DNA from: an uncultured Acidobacteriota bacterium
GTDB lineage: Bacteria; Acidobacteriota; Vicinamibacteria; Vicinamibacterales; CAVVIG01
Assembly (NCBI GenBank): GCA_963789965.1
Contig: CAWBMO010000001.1
Coordinates: 576,010-640,009 of the forward strand
DNA length: 64,000 bases
Reading direction: 5' to 3'
Positions 39,960 to 50,340 of this stretch are shown piece after piece. A model generated the notes under the pieces. That model saw nothing but the letters and a program-made list of their open reading frames with translations, did not search any database and was not told the origin of the DNA. Position 1 is the first letter of the stretch; each line of letters starts with the position of its first letter. The translations under genes and the position numbers were made by a program.

Positions 39960-41741
39960 ATGCCTGTGGAACAACACGCCAACGGCGCGTTCCGATTCGG
40001 ACGATTCGAGCTCGATCTCCGCGCGCGCGAGCTGCGGAAAGACGGCGTCCGCATCCGGCTGCAGGACCAGCCGTTCGAGCTGTTGGCGATGATGCTCGAG
40101 CGGCCGGGGGATATGTTGACCCGCGACGAGCTCCGGCGCCGGCTGTGGCCCGATGGCACGTTCGTCGACTTCGAGCATGGGTTGAACGCGGCGGTCAAAC
40201 GGCTGCGCGCGGTGCTCGGCGACAACGCCGAGCACCCGCGGTTCGTGGAAACGCTGCATCGTCGCGGCTACCGCTTCATTGGTTCGGTCGAGGGACTCGA
40301 TGGCGTCGAGTGGCATCCCCGTGAAGGGGCCTCGTCAGCCGCGGCACAGGCGACGGGCACCAAGCGGCGGCTCGCGGTGCTGCCGTTCACCTGCATGTCG
40401 GACAACGCCGGCCCTGAGTACTTCACCGAGGGTCTGCGTGAAGAAATGATCACGGAGCTCGGCCGCCTGTGCGCAGGACGTCTGGGCGTGATCGCGCGGA
40501 CCTCGTCCACGCTCATCCAACGGACGGCGACGCGGATCCGCGACATCGGGCAGGCGTTGCGCGTTGACTTCGTGGTCGAAGGCAACGTACGGCGCGAAGG
40601 CGACCGCGCGCGCATCACGGTGCAGTTGGTTGAGACACGCGGCGAGACCCAGTTGTGGGCGGAGTCCTACGAGCGTCATCTATCGGACTACTTCCAGGTC
40701 CAGTCCGAGGTCGCGACGGAAATCGTGCATTCGCTGGCAGTGGAACTGCTGCCGGTTTCCGGCGACGCGCCGCAGATCGGCACGCGCCACGTCGACGCGC
40801 ACCAGGCCTACTTGAAGGGCCGCTATCACTGGAACAAGCCTGGCGACGAAGGGATCATCCCGGCCATCGCGTTCTTCAAGCAGGCGGTCGCGCTCGATCA
40901 GCAGTTCGCCTTCGCCCACTCTGCCTTGGCGCGCGCGTACATGGGCGCGGTCAACTATGACGTCCTCGAGCCGCGGCCCGCGCTCGATAACGCGCGCCGC
41001 TCGGCCGTCCGCGCCCTGGAGCTGGATCCGACCGACTCGGAGGCACACCTGACGCTCGCGGAGGTCGGGCGAGTCCTCGAGTGGGACTGGGCCGGCGCCG
41101 AGAAGGCCTACCGGACGGCGCTGGCGTTCAATCCCAGCAACGTCGCTGTACATCGCCACTACGGCCTTTACCTCGCGGCGAGGGGAAGATCCGCGGAAGC
41201 GTCAGCGGCAACCGACCGCGCGTACGATCTCGATCCGCTGTGTCTGGTGGTCAACACGAGTGCCGCCTTGGTGCGCTACCTCGCGCGCGATTTCAATCCG
41301 GCCATCGAGCGGTGCCGCGACACGCTCGATATGGACGAAGGGTTCGCGCCGGCGCGCCGGCTGCTGGCGGCGGCGCTCCTGCAGGCCGGCCGCGCCGACG
41401 AAGCCACGACCGAGCTGAAGGCGCTCGCACAGGAGCACCTGGATCCCGTGTCGCTCGCGTGGGTCGCGCACGGCTTCGCCACGCTCGGCGACGTGGCGCG
41501 CGCCGGCGGCATTCTCGAGCAGCTGGCGCTTCTCGCGCGGGAGCGCTACGTGTCGGCGTACCATCGCGCGCTCGCCCACACCGCGCTCGGGGACCGTGAC
41601 GGGGCGCTTGGGCTGCTGACGCAGGCCTTCGAGCAGCGCGATCCGTCGATCATCAATCTGGGTGTGGAACCGCGGTTCGATGCGCTCGGTACCGATCCAC
41701 GCTACAAGGCCCTCGTCGAGCAGCTCGCGCTCGGTGATTAG
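39960..41741 (+). CDS. Winged-helix (OmpR/CadC-type) regulator with TolB-N-like and TPR domains
   Basis: FRFGRFELD, LQDQPFELL, FVETLHRRGYRF, LAVLPF, TPR repeats. Confidence 0.9.
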   Translation: MPVEQHANGAFRFGRFELDLRARELRKDGVRIRLQDQPFELLAMMLERPGDMLTRDELRRRLWPDGTFVDFEHGLNAAVKRLRAVLGDNAEHPRFVETLHRRGYRFIGSVEGLDGVEWHPREGASSAAAQATGTKRRLAVLPFTCMSDNAGPEYFTEGLREEMITELGRLCAGRLGVIARTSSTLIQRTATRIRDIGQALRVDFVVEGNVRREGDRARITVQLVETRGETQLWAESYERHLSDYFQVQSEVATEIVHSLAVELLPVSGDAPQIGTRHVDAHQAYLKGRYHWNKPGDEGIIPAIAFFKQAVALDQQFAFAHSALARAYMGAVNYDVLEPRPALDNARRSAVRALELDPTDSEAHLTLAEVGRVLEWDWAGAEKAYRTALAFNPSNVAVHRHYGLYLAARGRSAEASAATDRAYDLDPLCLVVNTSAALVRYLARDFNPAIERCRDTLDMDEGFAPARRLLAAALLQAGRADEATTELKALAQEHLDPVSLAWVAHGFATLGDVARAGGILEQLALLARERYVSAYHRALAHTALGDRDGALGLLTQAFEQRDPSIINLGVEPRFDALGTDPRYKALVEQLALGD

Positions 41742-41760
41742 CCGGAGCGAAGGTGGCCGT

Positions 41761-43295
41761 ATGACAAACAAGAGTCGACCTGGCGAAAAGGCGAACCCTC
41801 CTCGATCATCGCGCAGCTCCGGCAGCTCGGGCCGTCGTCCGACGGCGGCCTGCCGCGCACGCGGCCCGTCTACCGTCACGTCGTCCAGGCCCTCGAGCGC
41901 GGCATCACGAAGGGCGCGCTTTTGCCCGGGCTGCGGCTGCCGGCCGAACGCCAGCTCGCCCTGTCGCTTGGCATCAGCCGCACGACCGTCGTCAGCGCCT
42001 ATCGCGAGCTCGAGTCCCGGGGCCTCGTCCGCGGCTACGTCGGACGGGGAACGTTCGTCGCGGCGGCACCCGATTCCTCCGGCGCGCCATTCGCCTGGCG
42101 TGGGAAAGTGGCCGCGTCGGCGCTGCGATCGACCGACTCGATGATTCGGGATCTCGTCCGGGACGCCGCGGATCCCAACGTCATTTCGCTCGCGGCGGGC
42201 ATTCCGGCGATCGACCGCTTTCCTGTCGATGCGTTCCGGCGGTCGCTCGACAGAGTCCTCAAACGTGAGGGCCGGCAGATGTGGGGGCATGGCGCCACCG
42301 AAGGGCAACCGGTTCTGCGCGAGGCGATTGCCCGCCGGTTCGGCGGGCCGCCCGAGAACGTGCTGGTGCTGGCGGGCGCGCAGCAGGGACTCGACTTGCT
42401 CGTCCGCTGCCTCGTCGACCCCGGCGACACGGTCGTCGTGGATCGCCCGGGGTACCTCGGCGCGATTCAGACATTTCGCGCCGCCGGCGCGCGGCTTGTC
42501 GGGTGGGACGTCGTGAACCACGACCTCGACGAGCTCGAGGATCATCTGGTGCGGTATCGGCCGAAGCTGATCTACACCAACCCGACGTTTCAGAACCCCA
42601 CCGGCTGGACGATGCCGATTCGCCTGCGTCGGGATTTTCTGGCGCTCGCGAGCCGGCTGCGTGTGCCGATCATCGAGGACGATACGTACCGCGAGCTGCA
42701 TTTCGCGACGCCGCCGCCGCCCTCACTGCATTCGCTCGACACGCAGTCGGTGGTGATTCACTTGAACAGCTTTTCGAAGGTGCTCGCGCCGGGCCTGCGG
42801 CTTGGATGGCTGTCGGCCGCGCAGCCGATCGTCGAGCAGCTGGCGCTCATCAAGCAGCGGGCCGACCCGCACACGCAGAATCTCGCGCAGTTCGTCATCG
42901 CGGACCTGATCGAGGACGCCACGTTCGACGAGCACCTCGTACAACTCCGCGCCGAACACCGGCGCCGGCGCGACGCCCTCGCGTCCGCCCTCCAACGTCA
43001 CGGCGCGGCGAACCTGCTGCGGTGGACGATGCCGGAAGGCGGGCTGTACTTCTGGTGCAGGCTGGGCGGCCGGCTCCAGACCGCGCACGTCCTCGCTCGC
43101 GCGCTGGCCGAATCAGTCTCGTTCGTCCACGGCGAAGCGTTTTACGTGGACCGCGCGGGCGACCGCGAATTGCGGCTGTGCTTCTCGAACGTTCCACCCG
43201 CGCGCGCCGACGAGGTCGGACGCCGTCTCAGTCGCGCACTCGCCGCGGCGCGCCACGAAACCGCCCCGCCCTCCCAGCTCGTCGCGGTGGTCTAA
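41761..43295 (+). CDS. MocR/GabR-family GntR regulator with PLP aminotransferase domain; probable 1-nt frameshift near 41788
   Basis: LPAERQLA..LGISRTTV..AY, NPTFQNPTG, IIEDD, SFSKVLAPGLRLGW; the HTH frame has no start, and the ATG at 41761 is out of frame. Confidence 0.88.
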
Positions 43296-43296
43296 C

Positions 43297-43392
43297 GAAT
43301 TGCAGATTTCAGATTGCTGATTTCAGATTGAACTGAATCGGCAGTCTGAAGTAAATCTGCATCTGAAATCTGCAATCTGCAATCTGCAATTC
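43297..43392. repeat. Inverted arrays of a 7-bp unit (TGCAGAT/ATCTGCA)
   Basis: gaattgcagatttcagattgctgatttcagatt...aatctgcaatctgcaatctgcaattc between convergent genes. Confidence 0.85.
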
Positions 43393-43403
43393 CCCGTATT
43401 TCT

Positions 43404-43922
43404 CTATCTGATGGTCCAGAGGAACACGTGCGTGCCTTTGACGGCGATGTCGCGCTCGGGCTTCCAGTCGGGCGGCATCGGGAACCGGTGCGACACGATC
43501 CGCGCGCCGGGCTTCAGCTCACGACGAAGCTTCGGCTGCAGCCGCGCGTTGATGTTGGGCGAAAGGAACAGCGTGACGACCGTGGCCTCGGAAAGATCGG
43601 TCTTGAAAAAATCGGCCCTCACGAAGCTGACCTGACCCGCGACGCCCGCCTTCTGGGCATTCTTCATCGCCGTCTTGTTCAGTTCCGGATCAAGCTCGAT
43701 GCCCACGGCGCGGGCGCCGTATTTTCTGGCGGCTTCGATGACGATGCGGCCATCGCCTGAACCGAGGTCGTAGACGACGTCAGCCGACGTGACCTGAGCC
43801 GCGTCCAGCATCGCGTGGACGACCGCGTCCGGCGTCGGGACATAGTGCACGTCCGCGCCAGGGGTTTGAGCTAGGAGGGTCGCTCCCGCTGAAACGGCCA
43901 GAGCGAGGAGTACTCTGCGCAT
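43404..43922 (-). CDS. SAM-dependent methyltransferase with signal peptide
   Basis: YVPTP, VYDLGSGDGRIVI, LKPGARIVSH. Confidence 0.88.
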   Translation of the reverse strand: MRRVLLALAVSAGATLLAQTPGADVHYVPTPDAVVHAMLDAAQVTSADVVYDLGSGDGRIVIEAARKYGARAVGIELDPELNKTAMKNAQKAGVAGQVSFVRADFFKTDLSEATVVTLFLSPNINARLQPKLRRELKPGARIVSHRFPMPPDWKPERDIAVKGTHVFLWTIR

Positions 43923-43938
43923 CGCACCCATCGTACCA

Positions 43939-44238
43939 TCACGCAAGTGGCGACGGACGGCGGCGCCGATCCTTGCCGAAGCGAAGGACGTTGCGCCGAT
44001 CGTGCCGGCGCCGTTCCGGTGAGAACTCGATGAGCCTCCAGCCGCCGGCGAACAGCTGGTCCTCGTAGGCGACCTGGAAATCGAGAAGGGCGCCGACCGA
44101 ATCAAAGTCGTGATGCCGATCGTCTTCGCCCGGTGAAGACACGACGAGGCGCGTGGGCTCGACGCGTTGAACCCGGACCTGGTCGCCGCCCCGCGCGAAG
44201 AGCCAGGTGGGCGGCGTCGATGCTGAATCGGATTTCAA
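43939..44238 (-). CDS. Hypothetical protein
   Basis: 99-aa ORF with GW.L..FSPERR..DRR motif. Confidence 0.55.
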   Translation of the reverse strand: MKSDSASTPPTWLFARGGDQVRVQRVEPTRLVVSSPGEDDRHHDFDSVGALLDFQVAYEDQLFAGGWRLIEFSPERRRHDRRNVLRFGKDRRRRPSPLA

Positions 44239-44305
44239 ATAGAGGCGGAACTATATCACGCGGCACCGCGCATCCCTGGGTCGTTTCGTTCTAGGATCGG
44301 AGCCG

Positions 44306-44677
44306 ATGGCCAATACGTTCATGCTCCTCGGCTCGCTGGCGGGCTTCCTGGGCGTCGCGGCCGGGGCATTTGGTGCGCACGGCTTGCGCAGCCGCTTGTC
44401 ACCCGACATGCTCGCCGTCTTCGAAACGGCCGTGCGCTATCAGATGTACCACGTGTTCGCACTACTCATCACGGCGGCCGTCATTTCCCGCGCCGGCGAC
44501 GCGCGGCTGCTCTCCGTCGCGGGGTGGTCCTTTATTACCGGAGTGGTACTCTTTTCCGGAAGTCTCTATGCCCTGGCCCTGACCGGGATATCGAGCCTGG
44601 GCGCCATCACACCGATCGGTGGCCTCGCCTTTCTCGTCGGATGGGCCTGTCTGGCCCTCTTCGCCGCCGCGCACTGA
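44306..44677 (+). CDS. DUF423/TMEM256 membrane protein
   Basis: GAFGAHGL, TAVRYQMYH, LFSGSLY, ITPIGG. Confidence 0.93.
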   Translation: MANTFMLLGSLAGFLGVAAGAFGAHGLRSRLSPDMLAVFETAVRYQMYHVFALLITAAVISRAGDARLLSVAGWSFITGVVLFSGSLYALALTGISSLGAITPIGGLAFLVGWACLALFAAAH

Positions 44678-44752
44678 CATTCCTTGACAAATTTTCTACA
44701 GCGCTTGAAACTGCCGTTTATCAGTCGGTTCAGGCAGGTTGGAGGTGTCCAC

Positions 44753-45151
44753 ATGGGCTCAAATATCACGGCTCGGGCGTTCGTTGCGGCTTCCCTTACG
44801 ATGATCGGTTTGGTCGCTCTTCCAGTCTCGATGTTCGCGCATCACGGCACAGGGACTTCCTATGATCAGGAGAAGACGGTCCAGGTCAAAGGCAAGGTCA
44901 CGGAATTTGCGTGGAAAAACCCGCACTCCGCGCTGTTCATGAACGTCACCGATGGCCCTTTCAAGGGCAAGAACTACGCGGTGGAGCTGAACAGCCCGGG
45001 CGTCATGATTCGGCAGGGCTGGACCAAAAAGCAGTTCCAGGTTGGCGACGAAGTCGTCATCAACGTGCATCCATCGAAAACCGGAGCGGCAGTCGGCGAA
45101 TGTCTGAGCTGCACGGTAATCGTCAACGGCATCGAGACGAAGCCCAAGTAA
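44753..45151 (+). CDS. DUF6152-family secreted protein
   Basis: FAHHG, FAWKNPH; GGAGG RBS. Confidence 0.82.
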   Translation: MGSNITARAFVAASLTMIGLVALPVSMFAHHGTGTSYDQEKTVQVKGKVTEFAWKNPHSALFMNVTDGPFKGKNYAVELNSPGVMIRQGWTKKQFQVGDEVVINVHPSKTGAAVGECLSCTVIVNGIETKPK

Positions 45152-45178
45152 CCGCGACGCGAACGTCAGGAGTATTGA

Positions 45179-46021
45179 ATGCGCAATCGTGTTGTCGGTT
45201 ATGCGGTCACAGGCGCGTTCGTCGGACTGTGCCTATGCGGCGTGTGCGGCGATGTGTCGACGGTGGCGCTCGCACAGCAGAAGCCCGCGTCATCGCCTGA
45301 TCCGCATGACTTGAGCGGCATTTGGGGGCGAGCCGGTGGAGGCGGCGGCGGCGCGACGGCGGTCAAGACGGACGCGCGGGGCATGCTGCCGGATGGCGGC
45401 GTCAACACGGAATGGGGCCCGAGCTCTCCGCTGACGCCCAAGGGTCTCGCGCAGGTCAATACCAACAAGTCGGGGAAGGGACCACGAGCGGTGCCTCCCG
45501 CATTCGGAAACGACCTGCTCGGCGAGGCGAATCCTCCCGGCCTGCTGCGAGCGCTCGTCTACGGACGGCCCTTCCAGATGATCATGCTGCCGGACAAGGT
45601 CGTGCAGCTCTTCGAATGGACGCGAGTCTGGCGGGAAGTGTGGCTGGACGGGCGCAAACCACTCGAGGACGTCGGGCCGTTCTGGTACGGCACATCGGTC
45701 GGCAAGTGGGACGGCAACACGCTCGTCGTGGACACAAACAATCTCGACGCGCGGGCGTGGATGGATCAGTGGGGCAGCCCGTTCAGTGAGTCGATCAAGC
45801 TGCAGGAACGGTGGACCCGCACGAGCAAGGACTCGCTCGACCTCGTCATGACGATCGACGACCCGGTGATGTATACGAAGCCGTGGACCACCACCAAACG
45901 CAGCTTCAGGTTTCAAACGAAAGACATGCCCGACGGCGAAATGATCGAAGTGATTTTCGCGCCGGTTGACGAGAAAGAGTTCAACCTGAGGGTCAGAAAT
46001 CCCGCCGCCGGCGTCAAGTAG
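45179..46021 (+). CDS. Secreted hypothetical protein (DUF6152 partner type)
   Basis: DLSGIW, WYGTSVGKWDGNTLVVDT, TIDDPVMYTKPW. Confidence 0.8.
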   Translation: MRNRVVGYAVTGAFVGLCLCGVCGDVSTVALAQQKPASSPDPHDLSGIWGRAGGGGGGATAVKTDARGMLPDGGVNTEWGPSSPLTPKGLAQVNTNKSGKGPRAVPPAFGNDLLGEANPPGLLRALVYGRPFQMIMLPDKVVQLFEWTRVWREVWLDGRKPLEDVGPFWYGTSVGKWDGNTLVVDTNNLDARAWMDQWGSPFSESIKLQERWTRTSKDSLDLVMTIDDPVMYTKPWTTTKRSFRFQTKDMPDGEMIEVIFAPVDEKEFNLRVRNPAAGVK

Positions 46022-46052
46022 CCAATCCGGCAACGTGAGAGGACGTTACGCG

Positions 46053-46937
46053 ATGAAATGGAATGTTGCGGTCATTCTTCTGGCGGTGTGTGTGCTGACG
46101 GCGGCGAATGCGCCAGCTGCCTTCGGCCAGGCCTCGCCGCGCCCTGCGAACCTGAGTGAGCAGACCGCGAAGGCGGTTCCCCCCTTCAAGATATTCGACA
46201 ACCTGTATTACGTCGGGCTCGATTTCGTGAACGCCTACGTGATCCAGACAAGCGGCGGCCTGATTCTTGTCGACACGCTGTTCGGCAACTTTGCCGATCA
46301 CACTGCAAAGGCTATGCAGGAACTCGCGCTGAACCCGAAGGACGTCAAGTACATCCTCATCACGCACGGTCATGACGACCACTACGGCGGCCTCAAGACG
46401 ATGCAGAAGCTGACCGGCGCCCGGGTGATGATGGCCGAGGCCGACTGGAACTTGATGGAAGAGACGATCAAGAAAGAAGGGGACGCCGCCGTTTCCAGCA
46501 AGCTCGTCGCGCGCGATATGATCGTCAAGGATGGCGACACGCTCAAACTCGGAAACACGACGATCAAGCTCTACCTCACGCCTGGCCATACGCCGGGCGT
46601 CACGTCCCTGGAATTCCCGGTGAACGACAACGGGAAGGCATACAAGGTCTTCATGTGGCCGGGCCCCACGCTGCAGAGCAACGAGCTGCCGGTGATGGAG
46701 CAATTCCTCGCCACGACGAAGCGGCTGCAGACGCTCACCAAAGGATCAGAGGTGTGGCTGCACAGCCACCCGTGGTCGGTGAGCTTTTTCGAGAAGTACG
46801 ACAAGTTGAAGAACCGGAAGCCGGGCGACGCGAACCCCTACGTCAATCCTGGCGAGATCCCGATCTTCTTGCAGCAGCGCGTGGAGGACACGGAAAAGAG
46901 AATCGCGGAAGCCAAAGCGAAGGCCGTCAGTCCCTAG
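46053..46937 (+). CDS. Secreted MBL-fold hydrolase, subclass-B3 beta-lactamase-like
   Basis: PFKIFDNLYYVG, THGHDDHYGG, TPGHTPG, HSHP. Confidence 0.85.
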   Translation: MKWNVAVILLAVCVLTAANAPAAFGQASPRPANLSEQTAKAVPPFKIFDNLYYVGLDFVNAYVIQTSGGLILVDTLFGNFADHTAKAMQELALNPKDVKYILITHGHDDHYGGLKTMQKLTGARVMMAEADWNLMEETIKKEGDAAVSSKLVARDMIVKDGDTLKLGNTTIKLYLTPGHTPGVTSLEFPVNDNGKAYKVFMWPGPTLQSNELPVMEQFLATTKRLQTLTKGSEVWLHSHPWSVSFFEKYDKLKNRKPGDANPYVNPGEIPIFLQQRVEDTEKRIAEAKAKAVSP

Positions 46938-46939
46938 GC

Positions 46940-47785
46940 GTGCCCGCCTCTATCGATCTCGACGGCTACTTCGCGCGAATCGGCTATACCGGTGGACGCT
47001 CGCCGACATTGGCGGCACTGCGCGCGATCCACCTTCGCCATGCGCAGGCGATTCCGTTCGAGAACCTGAATCCCCTTCTGAAGAGGCCGGTCCGCCTCGA
47101 CCCGCCCTCGCTCTATCAAAAACTGGTGATCGATGGACGCGGGGGCTACTGCTTCGAGCAGAACCTCCTGCTCAGTCACGCGCTGCAAGGATTGGGCTTT
47201 GAAGTGAGGTGGCTCGCGGCACGAGTGCTCTGGAATGCGCCCGAACACGCGGTGATGCCCCGCAGCCACATGCTGCTGCTCATCACCCTCGATGACTCGC
47301 CGTATATCGCCGACACCGGATTCGGAGGGCTGACGCTGACCGGTCCGCTCCGCCTCGAGCCTGACATCGAACAGACGACGCCGCACGAGCCGTTCCGCCT
47401 GACGCGAACGGGCGATGAGTTCTTCCTGCAGGCGCAATTCGGCGGGACGTGGCGGACGCTGTATCGTTTTGGTTTGCAGGAACAGTTCCTGCCGGACTAT
47501 GAGGTGACGAACTGGTACCTCTCGAATCACCCGGAGTCACGTTTCGTGACCCAGTTGATCGCCGCCCGGCCCGATTCTGACCGCCGTTACGCCCTGCTCG
47601 ACAATGAACTGGCCGTGCATCACGTGAACGGGCCGACGGAGCGGCGCCTTCTGGGAAGCGCTGCGGAGCTTCAGGAAACGCTACGGACGCTCTTTCACGT
47701 GAGGTTGCCCGATACGCCGGACCTCGAGGCAGCTTTGACGCGCATTATTGCGGCGAGCGGCGCGACCGCGAACGCGAGTCCCTAG
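46940..47785 (+). CDS. Arylamine N-acetyltransferase
   Basis: IPFENL, RGGYCFEQN, SHMLL, ADTGFG (Cys-His-Asp triad). Confidence 0.93.
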   Translation: MPASIDLDGYFARIGYTGGRSPTLAALRAIHLRHAQAIPFENLNPLLKRPVRLDPPSLYQKLVIDGRGGYCFEQNLLLSHALQGLGFEVRWLAARVLWNAPEHAVMPRSHMLLLITLDDSPYIADTGFGGLTLTGPLRLEPDIEQTTPHEPFRLTRTGDEFFLQAQFGGTWRTLYRFGLQEQFLPDYEVTNWYLSNHPESRFVTQLIAARPDSDRRYALLDNELAVHHVNGPTERRLLGSAAELQETLRTLFHVRLPDTPDLEAALTRIIAASGATANASP

Positions 47786-47982
47786 ATATCTCGTCGAGCC
47801 AAGCGCCTTCCGGGATTAGTCGATCACTTGGGCTCTGGTTCAACGACGCAGCTGCCACCAGCCGGTTCCAGGCGATTATCAACGGATCAGCGGTGATCCT
47901 CCTGGGGGGCCCCACGATCGCCACCGAACGATCGAGCGGCCGGGCCGTGGACGTTCGGTGAAACGCGCCCGCCGTGCCCACC

Positions 47983-48948
47983 CTACTGTTCCCGAGGATC
48001 CAACTTCCCCAAGCCCGTGCGGCGGCGGATCGCGTTAATGAGATTTCCGCGGCGCCCATGACGGAGGGCGAAATAGGGGGCGTACGGATGAACGCCCAGG
48101 TATATGGCCGCGGCGCTGGTCGGCCGGAAAATGAGCGAGCGAATAGCCTCCGGCCAGGAGCCTCCGAACCTGTAGCGATTCGTTTCGCGCTCACCGGTGA
48201 CGGCTGCGATTTCCAGGGCGGTGTCTCGAAAGCGTGGGTTGTTCAGCATTTGCGCCGCAAGGTACTCGTGCTCTGGACTGTTTGCCGTGGTGTAGCTGCG
48301 ATCTCGCGCACCAGCAGGCACCGCCAGGACGCTGACCCTCGACTGAAAACGCAACCGTGCGCCGGACCGCCACGCACGAAATAGCCAGTCCTGTGACGAC
48401 GAGACGAACGTCTCGCGTGCCGACCGCCACGGACCGACCTTCGCCGCCAGTTCGCGCTTCAGCAGCCAGGCAGAGGCGAACACGAACACCCGCGGATCGT
48501 AGTCGTCGCCCGCGGGCACGCCGCTCAGGCGGAAGCGCCACGTGCCGGCTGCCAGCTCATCCTCGGAGGCGGGCAACGCCACGAGCAAAGGCGACCACAC
48601 GAGGTCGGCATCGGTCTCTTCGCAAAACGCAATGGCGGAGGCCAGATGATCGGGGAAGTACAAGTCATCATGATTCAAGAAGGCGATGTACCGCCCGCGT
48701 GCGCGGCGAACGCCTTCGTTGTTCGGCCCGGACTGCTCCCCGACGTTCTGCGGCAGGTTGATGTACGTGATCCTCGCATCGTTGGACGACGCGACGATGT
48801 CGCCGGTCTCATCGGTACAGTGGTCGCCGACGACGATCAGTTCCCAATCGGCGAGCGTGGAGCGCCGCACGCTGTCGATGGCGTGTGCGAGGACACGACT
48901 GCGGTTGTATGTCGCGACGATGACCGAAACCAGCGGGCCTGTGGACAT
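47983..48948 (-). CDS. Glycosyltransferase family 2
   Basis: VSVIVATYNR, ELIVVGDHCTD, IAFLNHDD. Confidence 0.9.
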   Translation of the reverse strand: MSTGPLVSVIVATYNRSRVLAHAIDSVRRSTLADWELIVVGDHCTDETGDIVASSNDARITYINLPQNVGEQSGPNNEGVRRARGRYIAFLNHDDLYFPDHLASAIAFCEETDADLVWSPLLVALPASEDELAAGTWRFRLSGVPAGDDYDPRVFVFASAWLLKRELAAKVGPWRSARETFVSSSQDWLFRAWRSGARLRFQSRVSVLAVPAGARDRSYTTANSPEHEYLAAQMLNNPRFRDTALEIAAVTGERETNRYRFGGSWPEAIRSLIFRPTSAAAIYLGVHPYAPYFALRHGRRGNLINAIRRRTGLGKLDPREQ

Positions 48949-49012
48949 TCGCGCCGCCTCAGCGTGCGTCAACGAGCGATGAATTCTGCTCGTAAGCATA
49001 CAATTTAACGGC

Positions 49013-50210
49013 ATGAAGCACGTCGCAGTGCTCGGCGCGGGGATCATGGGCAGCGCGACCGCGTTGTTTCTGGCGCGACGCGGTGCCCGAGTGACCCTAT
49101 TCGACGCGGCGGACCAGCCTTTCGCCGGGGCGAGTCGCTGGAACGAGGGCAAGATCCACCTCGGCTACCTTTACGCCGCCGATCCCTCGCTCGAGACCGC
49201 GCGACGTGTCGTGCCGGGTGGCCTCGCCTTCAAGGCCCTCGACCGAGGAACTCATCGGGTGCTCACTCGACCAAGCCATCACGCCGCGCGACGACACCTA
49301 CCTGATACATCGCGATTCGGTCGTCGGGGCCGAGGCGGCGGAGCACTACTTCGCCGCAGTGACCTCTCTCGTGACGAGTCATGGAGATGTGAGCAGCTAC
49401 CTTGCTCCGGTCACGGCGGCGCGGCGCCTGTCTCAGTCGGAGTTGAATGCCGACTACGACACCGCGCAGGTGGTCGCTGGCTTCCGCGTGCCGGAGCGGT
49501 CGGTGTCGACAGTATGGGTGGCAGATCGTTTCGTCGACGCACTCTCCGCCGAATCGCGCATTGAGCGGCGCATGCAGACGTCGGTCCGCGGCGTGCGCGG
49601 CTCGACGGATGCACTCGCCTCGCCGTTGTTCGTGGAGACCGATGCCGGTGCCGAGGGCCCGTTCGACTACGTGGTGAACTCGCTTTGGGAGGGCCGGCTC
49701 GCCATTGATGCGGGGCTCGGCCTCCCGTTGCCCACGACCTGGTCCCATCGCTTCCGGCTGTCCGCTTTTCTGCGCACGTCGCATTCTGTCGACGTACCGA
49801 ACACCGTGATCGCCACGGGGCCGTTCGGCGACGTCAAGAACTACAACGGAAGGGATTTCTACCTCTCGTGGTACCTGACCGGGCTCCTTGCCGAAGGAAC
49901 CGCGGTCAAGCCGCCGCGGCTGCCTTCTCTCGCGGAGAAAGACCATGCGCGGATGATCGGGGAGATCATCGATCGCCTCGGCAGTTTTGTTCGCTCTGTG
50001 CCTGCCCTAAGGTCTTGCACAGAGAAGGTCCGTCTCGAAGGGGGCTGGGTCTACGCGGCGGGTCAAGGCTCTCTTGCCGACCCGAAATCGACGCTGCATC
50101 GCCGCGACCGCATCGGCATCACCCACGCCGGCTCGTACATTTCGGTCGACACCGGTAAGTACTCCACCGCGCCCTGGCTGGCGCGTGAGATTGCGGGGCT
50201 GATCTGCTGA
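49013..50210 (+). CDS. FAD-dependent oxidoreductase, frameshift near 49240
   Basis: VAVLGAGIMG, ASRWNEGKIHLG; continues in another frame to DTGKYSTAP. Confidence 0.8.
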
Positions 50211-50340
50211 CCGTTGAACCGCCCGCGCCAACGGGACAATGCAGACCGGTCGTGGAGAGAGACGCACCGATGAACACTTTGGCGGATGGCGCCACTCGCG
50301 ATGTTTGGACAAATCGTGAGCAACGCGGTCCGGCTCAGCG

